Origin: Amphiscolops sp. MND2022
Taxonomy: Eukaryota
Reading direction: 5' to 3'
Assembly: GCA_964187785.1 (NCBI GenBank)
Contig: OZ076413.1
Coordinates: forward strand, 48,114,001 to 48,178,000
Length of the DNA stretch: 64,000 nucleotides
Each line of letters starts with the position of its first letter. Within the stretch, counting starts at the first letter, position 1. Position numbers and translations under genes: made by a program. The notes under the pieces are model-generated. The model was given only the letters and a program-made list of their open reading frames with translations. It searched no databases and had not been told where the DNA came from. Shown in pieces: positions 36,430-48,480 of the stretch.

Positions 36430-37403
36430 GATGGTCAACTGAGGTCAGGTTCAAAGCGGACAAGCTCGCTTTTGGAAAAAATACCTCGAATCAAAAAATT
36501 AGAGTTTTTTAGTGCATAGGTGGGATTCAACGTTTCAATAGCCACTCCTCGGTGAATTGGATTCCGTAGCAACAATGAAAAAGATCGATTTTCCTTCTGA
36601 TGCGAACGTGCTATCCAACATTGAATTTTGGCTTCTGCAATGTATTGCAGTATTGAAGCGTAATTAGGAAAGCCTCATCCGTTTTCTTGACTTAGTTAGG
36701 AGCCAGTTTAGTCACTCTGGTGACTCTATAGTTTTCAAAATTTTCAAAGTGTTGTAAATTTTCTATATACTTGTCTGTACAATTCTCTTGTAGATACTTG
36801 AAAATGATTGCTTTGGGCGAGCGGATATTGCAATCCGCAAAAGCTGATTTAATTTCACTGTTCGTAGAATGAAGCTCAATTGTTTCTTGCTCGCTCGCAG
36901 AATGATGAAATTTCGCCTGCAAACTCTCGACCCTGGTCAATCCAATATTTTTTCGGGTTTTGGAGGCATTCCGGCAAAGCCTTTTGTTTTACGACAAAAG
37001 TTTGGCTGCATATTTGGGGTGACATTGCGGATATCTGTTATAATCTCTCTCAAAGCATTTCTACAGGCTTCGGCAGTCTTTCGTATTGATGGGCGAACCC
37101 ATAAAAAGCGACTGAGCGTGTCAACAGCAACAAAGAGGAATTTTACTCTGCTCTTCTGTCGAACCAGTTGCTGCATATCAGCCAGGTCAACTGACCAAAT
37201 CTCATTGAGTCTATACTTTTGATCGAACAAATTTTTTTTAGTTTGTTTTAACTTTGAATATGTCTCGCTTTTCCGGAGGTAGTTGTCATCTTTTTTGTAG
37301 GTACAGTTTGGGTACTTTCTCAACGACGCAGGGCTTCCATACGATTCTGGACTCTGGCTTGAGGTGTATATAGTATGTAACTTGCTATGGGCGATTGCAT
37401 GAT
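36430..37403 (-). pseudogene. Polinton retroviral-like DDE integrase (c-integrase)
   Basis: SYGSPASL, EIWSVDLADMQQL..KFLFVAVDTLSRFLWVRP, PEKILD/QGREFAG and KSAFADCNIRSPKAIIFKY; frameshifts. Confidence 0.9.
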
Positions 37404-37475
37404 GCAATCGCCCATAGCAAGTTACATACTATATACAACTCAAGCCAGAGTCCAGAATCGTATGGAAGCCCTGCG
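37327..37475. repeat. 149-bp palindrome (1-nt loop, one mismatch)
   Basis: Arms mirror about G37401 (gcgattgcat-g-atgcaatcgc). Confidence 0.97.
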
Positions 37476-37478
37476 CAA

Positions 37479-37632
37479 AATAACGCAAAAAGTGCTGGCA
37501 ACTTTTTGTGCAGAAAATGCTCAGAAACTCGACGATTGGTACCAGCCATTGATGATCATCAATGGCTGGTACCAATCGTCGAGTTTCTGAGCATTTTCTG
37601 CACAAAAAGTTGCCAGCACTTTTTGCGTTATT
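37479..37632. repeat. 154-bp perfect palindrome (no spacer)
   Basis: Arms mirror about 37555/37556 (ttgatga|tcatcaa), from aataacgcaaaaag to ctttttgcgttatt. Confidence 0.97.
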
Positions 37633-37639
37633 AGCAGCT

Positions 37640-38260
37640 CTAATCAAACCACTGAGTGGCGAACCCATCCACAAACGGTACACCGGCGTGACGGTTTTTG
37701 GGTCCCTTTTCCCAGGCTCAGCAAGCAGCTGCCACACGTGTATGGTTGCTTTTTTTTCCAGCACTTTTCTTCGCCTCGTCATCCCGGCTCCCGGGTAATT
37801 CTAATGGAGGCGAAGCCACTTGGCCTCGTAACTGAACGAAATAGATTGGCCCTGAGACGAGTGGTCGTTCAAACTAGATTTAACCTCGGCGGCGGCTGTT
37901 TGGCATTAGTGTTTGCCAATAGAAAATCTGGAAGTTTCAAACGTCGGACAAAGTCAAGAGTTGTTTCGTTTAGCAATTTGGTAGTTACCTGAAGATAGTA
38001 TAAAAAATCAAAAATTGATACCCCGGTGTCTCGATTGTGCAACCCGAGCTTGGGCTTTTATCGATGGAAACGTTTTCCGTTTCGTTCATTTTCCGAAGTA
38101 TTTTCCAAGAGCGTTCAACTTTTCCACCGCTGAGACCCACAGACAAAAATTTTATAATACCGTTCTTTGATATGGACAATTGGGAGGCTGCTTCTACCTT
38201 TTTCACGTCAGATATCCTTGAAGTTTGTGCTCGTTTCCTGAACCTAGACGTGAACGGTTG
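37640..38260 (-). pseudogene. Polinton uncharacterised ORF remnant upstream of integrase
   Basis: ORF 37985-38206 plus frameshifted continuation (TTKLLNETTLDFVRRLKLPDFLLANTNAKQ), co-oriented with the structural gene block. Confidence 0.4.
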
Positions 38261-39759
38261 AACAAAGATACGAGAGGCCGGGTGGTAGGGTGGTTGTAGT
38301 GAAATAGTTGACGTGCGTCAATTGGGGACATATAATAATATTTGAAAAAATTTTGAGTCATGTAATTTTTTTTATCACGTTTAGTAAGATTTTTAGCTAT
38401 GAAAAATATAATTATAACACAGAGACTACTGCAAACCTGGAGCTCACGCTACTGCTCTTCTAGCACCACTACGGGTAGAATAGGGCGGTTATACTTGGCT
38501 TTCTGCGAGTACATTACCATCTCCCACGGAGGGTAGATGGAATGTACTTAACTGTTTCGAATTTTCGGATGGATAAGACAAAGTCAAAACCTATTAAAGT
38601 GGGTCAAATGACCTTGAATGGTGTTGCTGCACTCTACAACTGGGAACAAACCGCTTTGGTATGGATTGAACGTATTCCGATGAGTTTTGGATGAGACTTA
38701 GCTTCGATTTTCAATTTTTGAAGTTTTTTCTCACATAGCAAGCTCACACTAAAATTGTCATAAGTCAACGTCAAGTTGAGCTACAGAGGTTTATAATAGC
38801 TCATTTTTCTCGTCTATTCAAGCACTTTCCACATGCATCCACTTGCAATACTAGTTGTGTGGACGTTTCTTGACTTTGGGAGGCCTGAAGTTGAAAAAAA
38901 TTTTTTTGAAAATTTTTCGAAAAAATTCTAAGACATTTTACTTTTACCCGGGGAATCCTGGAACGCTGAAACTGCGGCAAAAGGGCCAAATGGTTTTTCT
39001 GGGAGGTAAACCGGCCAGGGGAGGCCTTTAGGAGAGGTCCTGGAAAAAAATCTGGGCAAAAAACGGCAGAGATAGACTAGGTGTACCAAAATTTTCTGAA
39101 AAATTCGTCGGACTTGCGGCTATTACTCAGTCAATTTTCATCCGATCTGTACGAAAATTTGTCTACGGACTCCTTACGAAGTGCCCAGCAATATCAATGT
39201 CCACACCAAAAAACTAAGATTTTGACCCACATTCTGCGTTTTCACAGCAAAATGCCAGTAGGGAATAGTTCTTAGAATCGCTAGAGGAAGCCGTATGCAA
39301 AATTTCAGCCAAATCGCGGGGCTCGTTCTCGAGATCGCTATTAGGTAGTACCATCGGCCTTAAGTTGTCTGTCGTAAGTATCCGACTTTTTGGCTCGGGC
39401 AAAGGGCCCTACCCTGCCCTCGAAGTGTTGAGCAAATCGATGGATTAGGGCACCTAGAACTCAAGTTCCACTGAGCAGATGCGGAGGCTGATGGAAACTC
39501 CGAACTTGCTTTTCTACTTTCGAGGATAGGTTGTTTGATTGACGTTAGTGCTTCACTCAATGCCGCAAAGTTTACTGGCAGGGCGGGATCGCTTTGCTAT
39601 GTTTTTCGAAGCGACAGCAAGGAAGAACAAACTTCTGCAGTAATAAGTATAAATTCTTTAGCCCTACTGTGCAATACAGTGTCGTTTCTTCAAATGATTT
39701 AAAACGGACGCTTGAATCAGTTTCAAGAGTTTCAGACCGGATGAATTTGATAGACCTTG

Positions 39760-39996
39760 TCATTTCCGTGACTTTCCAATCTTCTTGTTATTGAGGAGAT
39801 CAATGAGCCTTCTCTGTGAGTTTAGCTTTTTCTTAGAAGCTGGAGCGAGCCTTCGAATATTTCCGCTCAACATATTGGAAATACAGTCACGAAAGAACTT
39901 TATTTTATCAACAGAGCAATGTGAAATGTAAAGATTTCTTACAATTGGTTTCATCTCGTTACAAATTTCAAGCATATAGAGATCTAGACAACTCAT
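39760..39996 (-). CDS. Small basic Polinton protein downstream of the ATPase
   Basis: MSCLDLYMLEIC..KFFRDCISNMLSGNIRRL..KKKLNSQRRLIDLL; the C-x-x-N-x-L-x-G-N pattern is recalled from Maverick small ORFs at this position. Confidence 0.55.
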   Translation of the reverse strand: MSCLDLYMLEICNEMKPIVRNLYISHCSVDKIKFFRDCISNMLSGNIRRLAPASKKKLNSQRRLIDLLNNKKIGKSRK

Positions 39997-40675
39997 CTTT
40001 AAGTTTTTTCGCTGTTTGAGTGGACGATAAACAGAAAATAGATGGCTCAGTTCCTGAGCACATCGAAGCAATTTTCAATTTGGAGTCCCTGTGCGGGTCT
40101 AAATCGATGAGCAAATGAACGAAAGGCGCACGAATTGCCTTTTTATAGGCCACCATTAGTAGGTTTCTGTCCCCCATTTGACGTCCAATTACAGCTATCT
40201 GCTCCAGGTCTCGTGGAAGTTTGAAGAGAAACCTTTGAGTTACGTTTGGTTCGATTGATTCTGATTGTTTAGATTGTTGAAGTAGGTTGTGTTTCATTGT
40301 AATCAAGTGAATATTTCTATGTCTTCCTGCTATCACCAAGTCAAGAAAAAAATCTTCCCATGCTTGCTCGTAGAGGTCATCAATTACCGAAAGAGTTCGT
40401 AACTTTTGATCTTCGCACTTTTCCACTGCTGTCCAATTGAGGCCCTGACGGCATTCAATGTGAACTTTCGCACGTGTGCAATCAAATAGGATCTTATCGA
40501 AGTTGGATTGATGGTGATAGTATAAAAACAGAACTTCGTCAAAGGAAGTGCGAAAGATTTTGTTTTGATTCAGTAACATGTTTGAAAAGAAACAGGTTTT
40601 GCCACTGCCACATGGTCCGACAATTGATACGAAACAATGAGGATTGGTTCGAATGCACTCGTTCGTGTTTGAGAC
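39968..40675 (-). pseudogene. Polinton DNA-packaging ATPase (FtsK/HerA, A32-like)
   Basis: The frame upstream of the tracked ORF gives Walker A VSIVGPCGSGKT. Walker B LSVIDDL, AGRHRNIHLITMKHNL, FKLPRD and HLLIDL follow. No ATG was found before Walker A. Confidence 0.9.
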
Positions 40676-40712
40676 TTAGGTATCAAGTAACCAATACAGG
40701 TAGAGAGAATTG

Positions 40713-40988
40713 CTATGATTCCAGTTTGTAGGAACTGTTTTCGGCCAAGTCTAAGTACGCAAATGCAAAAAGTATTAACAAAAATTGGAGTGAAAAGGTT
40801 GACAATATCACGCGAAGAGATCTGTTGCAGCTCACAGCGTCCACAGTTGAATTGGAAAGGGGTCTTTCTGCGTTGTTACTGTCTAATACCAATATGTTGA
40901 AGTTCACATGGTCCACGCAATCCTCGACTGCGGGAACTGTAGTCGACTCGTTAGAGATTTCAGACAACGAGCAGCCCTCATCACTCAT
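40713..40988 (-). CDS. Hypothetical small protein with C-terminal hydrophobic segment
   Basis: 91-aa ORF with an acidic N-terminus and VILSTFSLQFLLILFAFAYL; co-oriented with Polinton genes. Confidence 0.35.
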   Translation of the reverse strand: MSDEGCSLSEISNESTTVPAVEDCVDHVNFNILVLDSNNAERPLSNSTVDAVSCNRSLRVILSTFSLQFLLILFAFAYLDLAENSSYKLES

Positions 40989-41227
40989 ACCGCTGGCTGA
41001 CTACGAAGAATGTGTATGTTATACAAAACTTGAATTATCTGATAGAGCTGTGACAAATCGTTGAAGTTTAGACGAATGTAGAAAGTTTTGGATTTATTGA
41101 TTGGCCAGCTCTGTTCTAAAACAACGGTTCCTCCGTTTGATAATATCAAAGCTCGCAAAATTGTATGACTGACGGAGCATTTCCTGGTAAGCTTTGAGCG
41201 ACTGACTGAGGTTTTTGTTGAAACTGG

Positions 41228-41596
41228 CTAAATCTTTAAATGATTATTTTTGTTTTTGTTAAAAACACATTGATAACACCAATAGGATAAGCCTGTTAAA
41301 TGACCAAGCAGCATACTATTTGCGATGATGGGCCCTTCATTTGAAGCATAGACATATCCATTCCCAATGCAAAAGTTACTTCTCATGAAGCCAAAGTCAT
41401 CGTGAAAAATTGCATGAAGTCTAACAATTTTAGAGTCTTTAAACCAGGCATCCAAACAACTGTTTCCTGGTCCTATCAGACCACGGAAGGGAGCTAATTC
41501 GTTGATATAGTCAATGTCAACTTCGTTGTTTAAGCAATAACAAACTGCTAAGAACAGGTTCTTACGTCTCGAATTCTTGGAAAACAACCAGTTCAT
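41228..41596 (-). CDS. Phospholipase A2-like protein (parvovirus VP1u-type motif)
   Basis: Intact ATG-initiated 122-aa ORF with GLIGPGN...LHAIFHDDFG, similar to the YLGPGN Ca-loop and HD motif of parvoviral PLA2. Confidence 0.55.
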   Translation of the reverse strand: MNWLFSKNSRRKNLFLAVCYCLNNEVDIDYINELAPFRGLIGPGNSCLDAWFKDSKIVRLHAIFHDDFGFMRSNFCIGNGYVYASNEGPIIANSMLLGHLTGLSYWCYQCVFNKNKNNHLKI

Positions 41597-41720
41597 AAAA
41601 TTGAAGTTGTGCTTTTTTCTTGGATGTCAATGAAATTGATCATGTTGAAGCGAATGATTCTTTTGATTTAGAAAACCGACTGTTCGAGAAGAATGTATAC
41701 TTTGATTATGATTTACAGGA

Positions 41721-42359
41721 TTACTCAAATTGACCTATTTCATCTATGCAAGAAAACAAATTGGTATCAAATTTTACAGCTTCGTTGGCGATTGAATCCA
41801 CCCCAGATGATAGTTGGGATTTTTCTTGACCTTCTAGGCACTGGCATTGTGCCTCTGAGAATCCCAAGTCCACTGAAAGCACGCTGTTACGGTGAGAAGC
41901 AGCAATCATTCTAAATCCTCTCATAAGGGGATCAATGAACTCGAGCACGCTGTCTTTGAACACCGCTTGAGACTTTTCGAACTTGGCCAATTGTCGCCTG
42001 AGGAAAGAAAGTCTCTCGGCGTCTTCACAGTCATCAAATTCAGTGTAACAGGCACTTTGCAGCTCCCAAGTCAAATCGAAGTTGCATCCCAAATCTGTTG
42101 TTGGTTTCATTTTAAGCATTTTGATAAGTTTGTCACCATGGATGAATAAACGATTGCCAGTAAGCCAAAATCCAGATTGCAAACAATTTTTTGGGTAAGA
42201 ATCTTTGATGAGCCTAACATGACTGTTCTTGATTTTGGAAATTTTTGGCAGTTTCAAGATCTGCTCACTCAAGTTTTCTTCGATGAATTTTTCGGCTCCG
42301 ATGAAAGACTTGATGAAGAAAAGAATGTGATAATGCTCGCCTGAAACTAGAGAACACAC
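41721..42359 (-). CDS. Hypothetical Polinton accessory protein (possibly frameshift-joined to 42460-42786)
   Basis: 212-aa open frame, co-oriented with the element's minus-strand block; contains GEHYHILFF. Confidence 0.45.
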   Translation of the reverse strand: MCSLVSGEHYHILFFIKSFIGAEKFIEENLSEQILKLPKISKIKNSHVRLIKDSYPKNCLQSGFWLTGNRLFIHGDKLIKMLKMKPTTDLGCNFDLTWELQSACYTEFDDCEDAERLSFLRRQLAKFEKSQAVFKDSVLEFIDPLMRGFRMIAASHRNSVLSVDLGFSEAQCQCLEGQEKSQLSSGVDSIANEAVKFDTNLFSCIDEIGQFE

Positions 42360-45300
42360 GTCTTCTGTTTAGAGTGGCTACTTCTCTCTCAATTAGGACC
42401 AATTAGTCTATTTTACTAATTGTAGAAGCCAAAGTGCCGAAAACATCAAAAAGAGACCCTTAGGACACCTTTTCTAAACCCAAAATTTCATTCAAACTAA
42501 AAATTTCAAAAAAAGTCGCATGGCGCCGGTAAACACTCTGAGGGTATCGTTTACATTTGTGATAAGAAAAAACGTTCAATCTTGCAATCGAACCCACGCA
42601 CCCCTGCCTTACAGACACGCTCTCATCGACTACGTCAAATGGATCAGTCGTTCTCAAGTTGTGCTGAAGCAACTCATACAACTTAATAAAATGGGTCAGT
42701 TTGCTGGTTTTAAAAAAAGCCAAACCAATTGTAGACTTTTCGATCGAACGCGCTAACTGAAAATTGCAAAGAGTCCATTTGTTCAAGTTAGCGCATCCAA
42801 GGCATAGGTCTGAAGTGCATCTTTTTGATTGTTTTACAATGTAATCCAGCTTTGTGTGGCTCTGGGCGACTTTTAGCGAAGAAAATTGTTGTTAGTTGGT
42901 CTGCCTTTTGGTTGTTTGATATTTCCAATTAGGAAATGCAGGCCTCGTGCAAGCTTCGTGGGCAGAGGGTTCTCATTTGCGTAGTTGTAGCTGGGTGCGA
43001 CTGCTAATATGAAAATGAATAATTTTTTCTATCAAGAGTCTTTTCGAGACTTTCTGTATTAAAAGGTTCTTTTACCGGTCTGAAATAATAACCCTTTGGT
43101 TTTTCAAGAGCATCGTCCGCTTTTTTTTGAAATCTGGTAATAAACAAATAGTTCCAATTTTGAGACCATGGACATATTCCCTGTGAAACTCGCGAGAGAT
43201 CGATTTGGATCAATGTGGAATTTTGTACCGTTTGAATGTGAACAACAAAGTAGAGTTTATAGAACCTAAAAGAGAGTGCTGATACCGACTATTTGACTCT
43301 TCTAAATCCAAAGATTATTACTTTTAAATGTTGAACTGTTTTAAATTACACTTTGAAAACTTTCAAAAATACCGTTCTCTTGTTATAACATACAGCGGGG
43401 AAAATGTGTTTAATCCGAAATATTGATGTTTTCCAGAGCTACGCTGGATCTTGCGAAGACGAAAGCAAAGTAAAATTTTTGAGCTGCCATTGTGAAACTC
43501 TTTAAGTAGAATTGTTTGCACTAGTTTTCGAATCACTGGGGATTTTTTTGAAATCAAAATATGCGTAACCGTTTTTGTCGCTTACATCAAGCTTGAACGT
43601 TCTCAAAACGTCACAAAAGGAGAATATGCGAGAAAACTTGAAGTGCCCCTGCCTCGCATTTGAATTTGTTAAAATGATTTTCAGTAACACAAATCTATCA
43701 AAGTAGTACTTAATCCAGGCAGTTCAAACCAAGGAAGACGACTGAATATCCGTGTTACAAAAACATACGCAGATCGCCTAGAAAAGCTGGCCACGTTGAA
43801 AAATTAGCTCTAGATTTTTTGGCTCTAGATTGAGCATATTTTATTTTGGCAGCACTTCAATTTGAGGATTTGCTAAAATAGATAGTTTTGTGTTACTGAA
43901 CGAAGTGACTAATCATACTCACCTAACAGATCGAAAAAAAGTACGGTATTAAAAACGGTGGCTATTGCAGAAAAGTTGAGTTTTGTGGGTTTTTTCGAGT
44001 ACGTCGGTTCCTCGTTCAATTGGTTGGATAGTTCCAATTAACAACACTGTTTTAGTATAATCTACTAAAATCGACAGAAATTGGACAAAAATTGAATCGA
44101 GGTGCCAAAACTGAAGAAAGAAAACTTTTTTTGCTTCTGCTATGAATTTAGGGACGTTTGTGAAAAACACTGACTGGTCTTTCAAAACGTCTCATAAATA
44201 AATGAATGTTTTGTGATTGGGAAGTTTAGATCAAAAATTGCACAGATCTTGTTTGAAACGGTAAACTTTTGAAAACGATATGAAGTTTTTCACTGCTGTG
44301 TCTATTTGAGGCTGTTTTCAAAGTTAAATATGAGATTTCTTTCTGTAACTGCTCACAGGATACCTGGCTGGTTGGTCCGGGCATTAGCATTACCAAATTA
44401 TTGCGGGCGACATGCAGGGTCCTGTATGCCCGCATCTATGACGAAGGAACAACTTCTGGAAATGGGGGGTAAAAATGGAATGAATAAATCACCATTCGCG
44501 GATAAATTGGATGTAAATTTGCATACCCCTAAAGGAACGAATGCCTGACAAAACCCAAGGAGCAATTTGTTGCTATGAACTTCGGTGACTTTTTACCTTT
44601 TAGCGCTATTTTGTTGCGTTTGTTCCATCATTTTTCTTTCTCGTCAAACTTTTTCCTGGGCATGCTTGCCACTGTTACTTCTCCTAGGTTTTGTTGCGCC
44701 ATCTGAAAATATGTCTAATTTGAACGTTTGGTTGCAATCGGATCACTGTTCTAAATAGAGGGGTACGTCGTCCAATTTTACCACAAAAATTGGGGGTACG
44801 CCAATTTTGAGCATGCAGCCCCGAATTTAGCGTACCCGCACCCTGCTGAAATTTCGTTGGGCGTAATGAAGTGGATCTGATGACATGCATGGTTACCACA
44901 TCCAAAACGCCTGGGACAATTTTTTGGTGAGGAGTCGTTTTAAGGGCTACCTACATAGGATCGAAGAGCCGCAACTTCATAACCACATAGTGACCACTCG
45001 TGCGTAACACTCTGACCAGAATTGGGATCAAAATCCCTTGCTGACGTTTTTTGACATTGTGAATCCAGTTAAGATCACGTTTATGTCGGGTAAGTCCGAT
45101 GAACCAGTATTAGGATGAAGTGCTGGTTAACTGGGGAGCCGTAAGTGACACTATCCTAGACCGTAAATAACCCCTGTGACAGGAAGTTGACTGTCCTGGC
45201 CGGAAATGCTGCGACAAAGAAATCAAAACATCTTTTTTAAATGCCATTTCATTGAACCTTGTTTGAAACTCAATGCGATCTTAGTTCCATGTTTTGCTGA

Positions 45301-46449
45301 TTGTTTTAAAATGCATCACCCTTATCACCCGCGATCGAACTCCAAGTTGACTTTTTCTGAAAATGAAAAAAAAACACATTTGTTTTCTCGTTCTTGTTGA
45401 TGTTTTTTTCTTCGAATTATTATTTGGATGCATAAGACATTTCTTTTTTCAGCCGCCTCAAACTCGTTTCAGTGTGTATAAATGCGTTCTCTAGTCTGAA
45501 GTCTTTCCAAAAATTTTCATGACGGGTTTAGCTGACGCCACAAATTATTACCATCACTCACCGTCGCCTTAGGCGCATTGTGCCAAGTTCACCGCTTCGA
45601 CGCCTGCGCTGTCTAGATTTTCGTTGAGTTTTTTAATGATCTTTTCGTTTAAGAACTTCAAAAAGTGTGCAATAGTAGCCTTTTTAATTTTTTTTTGTAA
45701 ATGTTCTAAGACACTGTTGAGCAAAACGTTTTGACACGTCTTCGAAAAAACGTGATCAAAAGCCATTTGTACGTACCAGAATTTTTGGGCAATCGAACTG
45801 ACGAAAATGTTGTGAATTTGTACAGAAACTGTTTTAAAAGGTAACAAACTTTTTTTGAGATTCTCATATTATGTGTCGTTAGTTAAGTTGAAACATTACT
45901 AAAAAAACTCTTTTTTGAGACTTTTGCGTCTTTGGTGTTTTTGTGAGGCACTTTTTGGATAATGCTATTTGAATTTTTTCAAAAAAGCCTACTAGATAGC
46001 CAATTTTTGCCTGATTGAACGTGTTGGATTTGGTAAGCCTTTAAAATATTCGAAAGTTGTACAAAAAACACAAATTTCAAGTTTATCTTCAAAAATCCAA
46101 CCATGTTTTTTTCTCATGGATCTTCAAGACTACTTAATTCCCGAGAAACATGGAAGCTTTTCTTGAGTTTGAGTTGTTTTGTATTTATTTCGAGAGTGGC
46201 TCTGTTAGCAGTTTTCTTCTCTCACATAGAACAATAGGGACGGAAAACAAAGAATAACAGAAGTTTTCACAAAGTTTAGTTTTTTTTTGATCTTCAAAAT
46301 TTGGCTTTTATCTTTGAATCCTACAGAAATGTATTTGTCTATGTGATAACATAGGCAGATTTTACATACCTGTAAGCTTGGTGGACAAATACTGAATGTC
46401 ATTGATAATAATTGCTGATTCTTTGATCAGTTTTGTTGAGTCTGATCCA

Positions 46450-47200
46450 CTTTCCAACCAACATCAAGTGCAGTCTTTTTTGTTTTTGGAAATGCCCATC
46501 AATCCAACGTATACTTCCCTACAATTGCACACTAACTTGACGGCAAACTAATCAGCATCAAGACGCTCAGTACTGCACCTCAGGAAACAAACTCTGGCAG
46601 ATTGAAATAACTGCGATTACAGTATGAAAGATCTATTTGAAAGGCACAATGACTATGCTCAATATAAAAAAGAGAATGTATCTGATGGACTTTGGGGTAA
46701 GTTTATGGATTCGTCATTCTTACGGTCGTTAACATTCTGGGAATTGGTGCTGTCAATTCCTTCAAGGTCAATCAAGTGTGAATGTTACAACATGCGTAGC
46801 CATCATAGTAGAAGGAGCTCTTCATCAGGCATAAAAGGAAGGCAGTTTCAACAGAACATTTTGGATCCTTTTTACTGGAATAGCGTGAGTTGCTCTCAAT
46901 GTTGAAAACGTTACGGCTTATGTCGTGATAATGGATAAAGCAGCGATCCATTACAACTTGGGTGTCCCTGAAGGTTTAACGTTGAAGTACCTTCCCCCTT
47001 ATTCACAGTTTCTAAATTCAATGGAGACTGTTTTCAGCATAATGAAAGCCGGGCTCAAGCAGCAGCTGCCTAAGCTAAAGGCATGAAAGTTTCATCCTCA
47101 GCAGAAAAAAGTTTTTCGAACCTGTTTGCAAACCTTCCATCGAAAGCATTTCTCGCGACTACTTCTACCCTTACTGCTCTTGTTGCCTTTCTCAATGTCC
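46450..47200 (+). mobile_element. Tc1/IS630-family transposase remnant
   Basis: AAIHYNLGVPEGLTLKYLPPYSQFLNSMETVFSIMKAGLKQ at ~46940-47065 matches the LPPYSPxLNPIE motif; heavily disrupted. Confidence 0.75.
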
Positions 47201-47559
47201 ATTGAAAGATTATAATGGTGGTGATTATTTCATCAAAAACGGAAATGAAATCAATTAAATTGCTTTTTGTTGGTTATTTAGTTTTATCACCACTCACAAA
47301 TTTACCTTAATTGAAATCGATTTCTTCAAATTGACACCGATCAGAGCAGAGGAGTGGGTAAATAGAACGATTACATCTTTTTGGTGAATTCATGTATCCT
47401 GAAATTTTGTTCATCTACCTTGAAAACGCTGTATTAGGCCAGAGTTCTGCGAGGTTGAAAACAATAATAGGGATCAAGAACTTCCAGGTCACAAACCATG
47501 TGAACGAATCCATCGTGGTTCCGAATGAAGTAGATGAAGAATAAATCAGCTCAATCATC

Positions 47560-48480
47560 AATCACTGCAGTAATTATTTCGACCGTGTCAGTAACGAAAC
47601 TCTGGTAATTGATAAATGTATCTGAAAAAATGTGATTAAACTCATTCGGCAAGATGTTTTGCCAACAAACTGGAAAGAGTCAAAGTTGTAGGGACAGACA
47701 ATAATCGGCCTGAAACTCAGAGGCCTGTAAGCATATTGAGTCCACGAGATGAAATAATTGAAGAAAATCTACTGAAGCAACCGAAACGCATTTTCACAGA
47801 AATGACCTACGTTCGTCCGATCACTTTGGTTTTCGTAGCAAACGAAATTGTTCTTATGCTATTGCTGAAGTGATAGATTACGTGATACGAAAGTTATAGG
47901 CATAGCTCAGGAATTGCATGTTTCATTGGTCAAGAAAGAGCTTTTGATCCTATAAACCATTTAATTATCTTCGAGAAGCGGTACAGATATGGGTCTAGAG
48001 GATCACATCTCAAAATCAACTGACATTAATAAAGATGTAATGTAGAAAAATTAGAAGCTGTCAGTTTTGGCCGTTTACAACCCCTCCCTATCGATGTCTT
48101 CGACACAGCACGGCACTACAATTGAAAGAACACTCTATTACCTCGGTGTAAAAACCGACAAAGAGAATCAGTTCAAAAGACCACATTACCAACGTAACAA
48201 GAAATTGAATAACTTTTGCGGTTTGATGTTGTTATAAGAGAAACGTTTTTCACCAGATGCATTCTTATACTTTTAAAAACAAATTGCAGAACCAATTGTA
48301 ACGTTTTGCTTGATTGTTTACTGTGGTAATCCGAAAACTAATCTTGAAAGGAACACCCAGAGCAAGTTCCTCGAAAGGCGATGAGACACTCTACAGATTG
48401 TGTACGAGAGACACTATCTCTCCACTGTTCACGTCGTTGAGCGGGAGTTGTTCAGACGGCTTAGATTTTGTAACCGGGTA
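47560..48480 (+). mobile_element. Non-LTR retrotransposon (LINE) reverse transcriptase remnant
   Basis: QRPVSILS, HFGFRSKRNCSYAI, RAFDPINH..IFEKRYRYGSRG and YYLGVKTD in RT order, with stops and an internal deletion. Confidence 0.7.

Larger units (their letters stand above)
23420..43700. mobile_element. Degenerate Polinton/Maverick (endogenous polintovirus/adintovirus-like element); right boundary approximate
   Basis: Left end AGTAGTAAGAG at 23420. Core gene set present (pPolB, protease, MCP, minor capsid, integrase, ATPase), all with stops or frameshifts. No matching right TIR found. Confidence 0.92.

Noticed and set aside
37387..37798. Overlapping ORFs on both strands with mirrored peptides
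   Set aside because: An artefact of the double palindrome.
43702..43710. AGTAGTACT as Polinton right terminus
   Set aside because: Flanking sequence is not the reverse complement of the left end and no TTCATC TSD follows.
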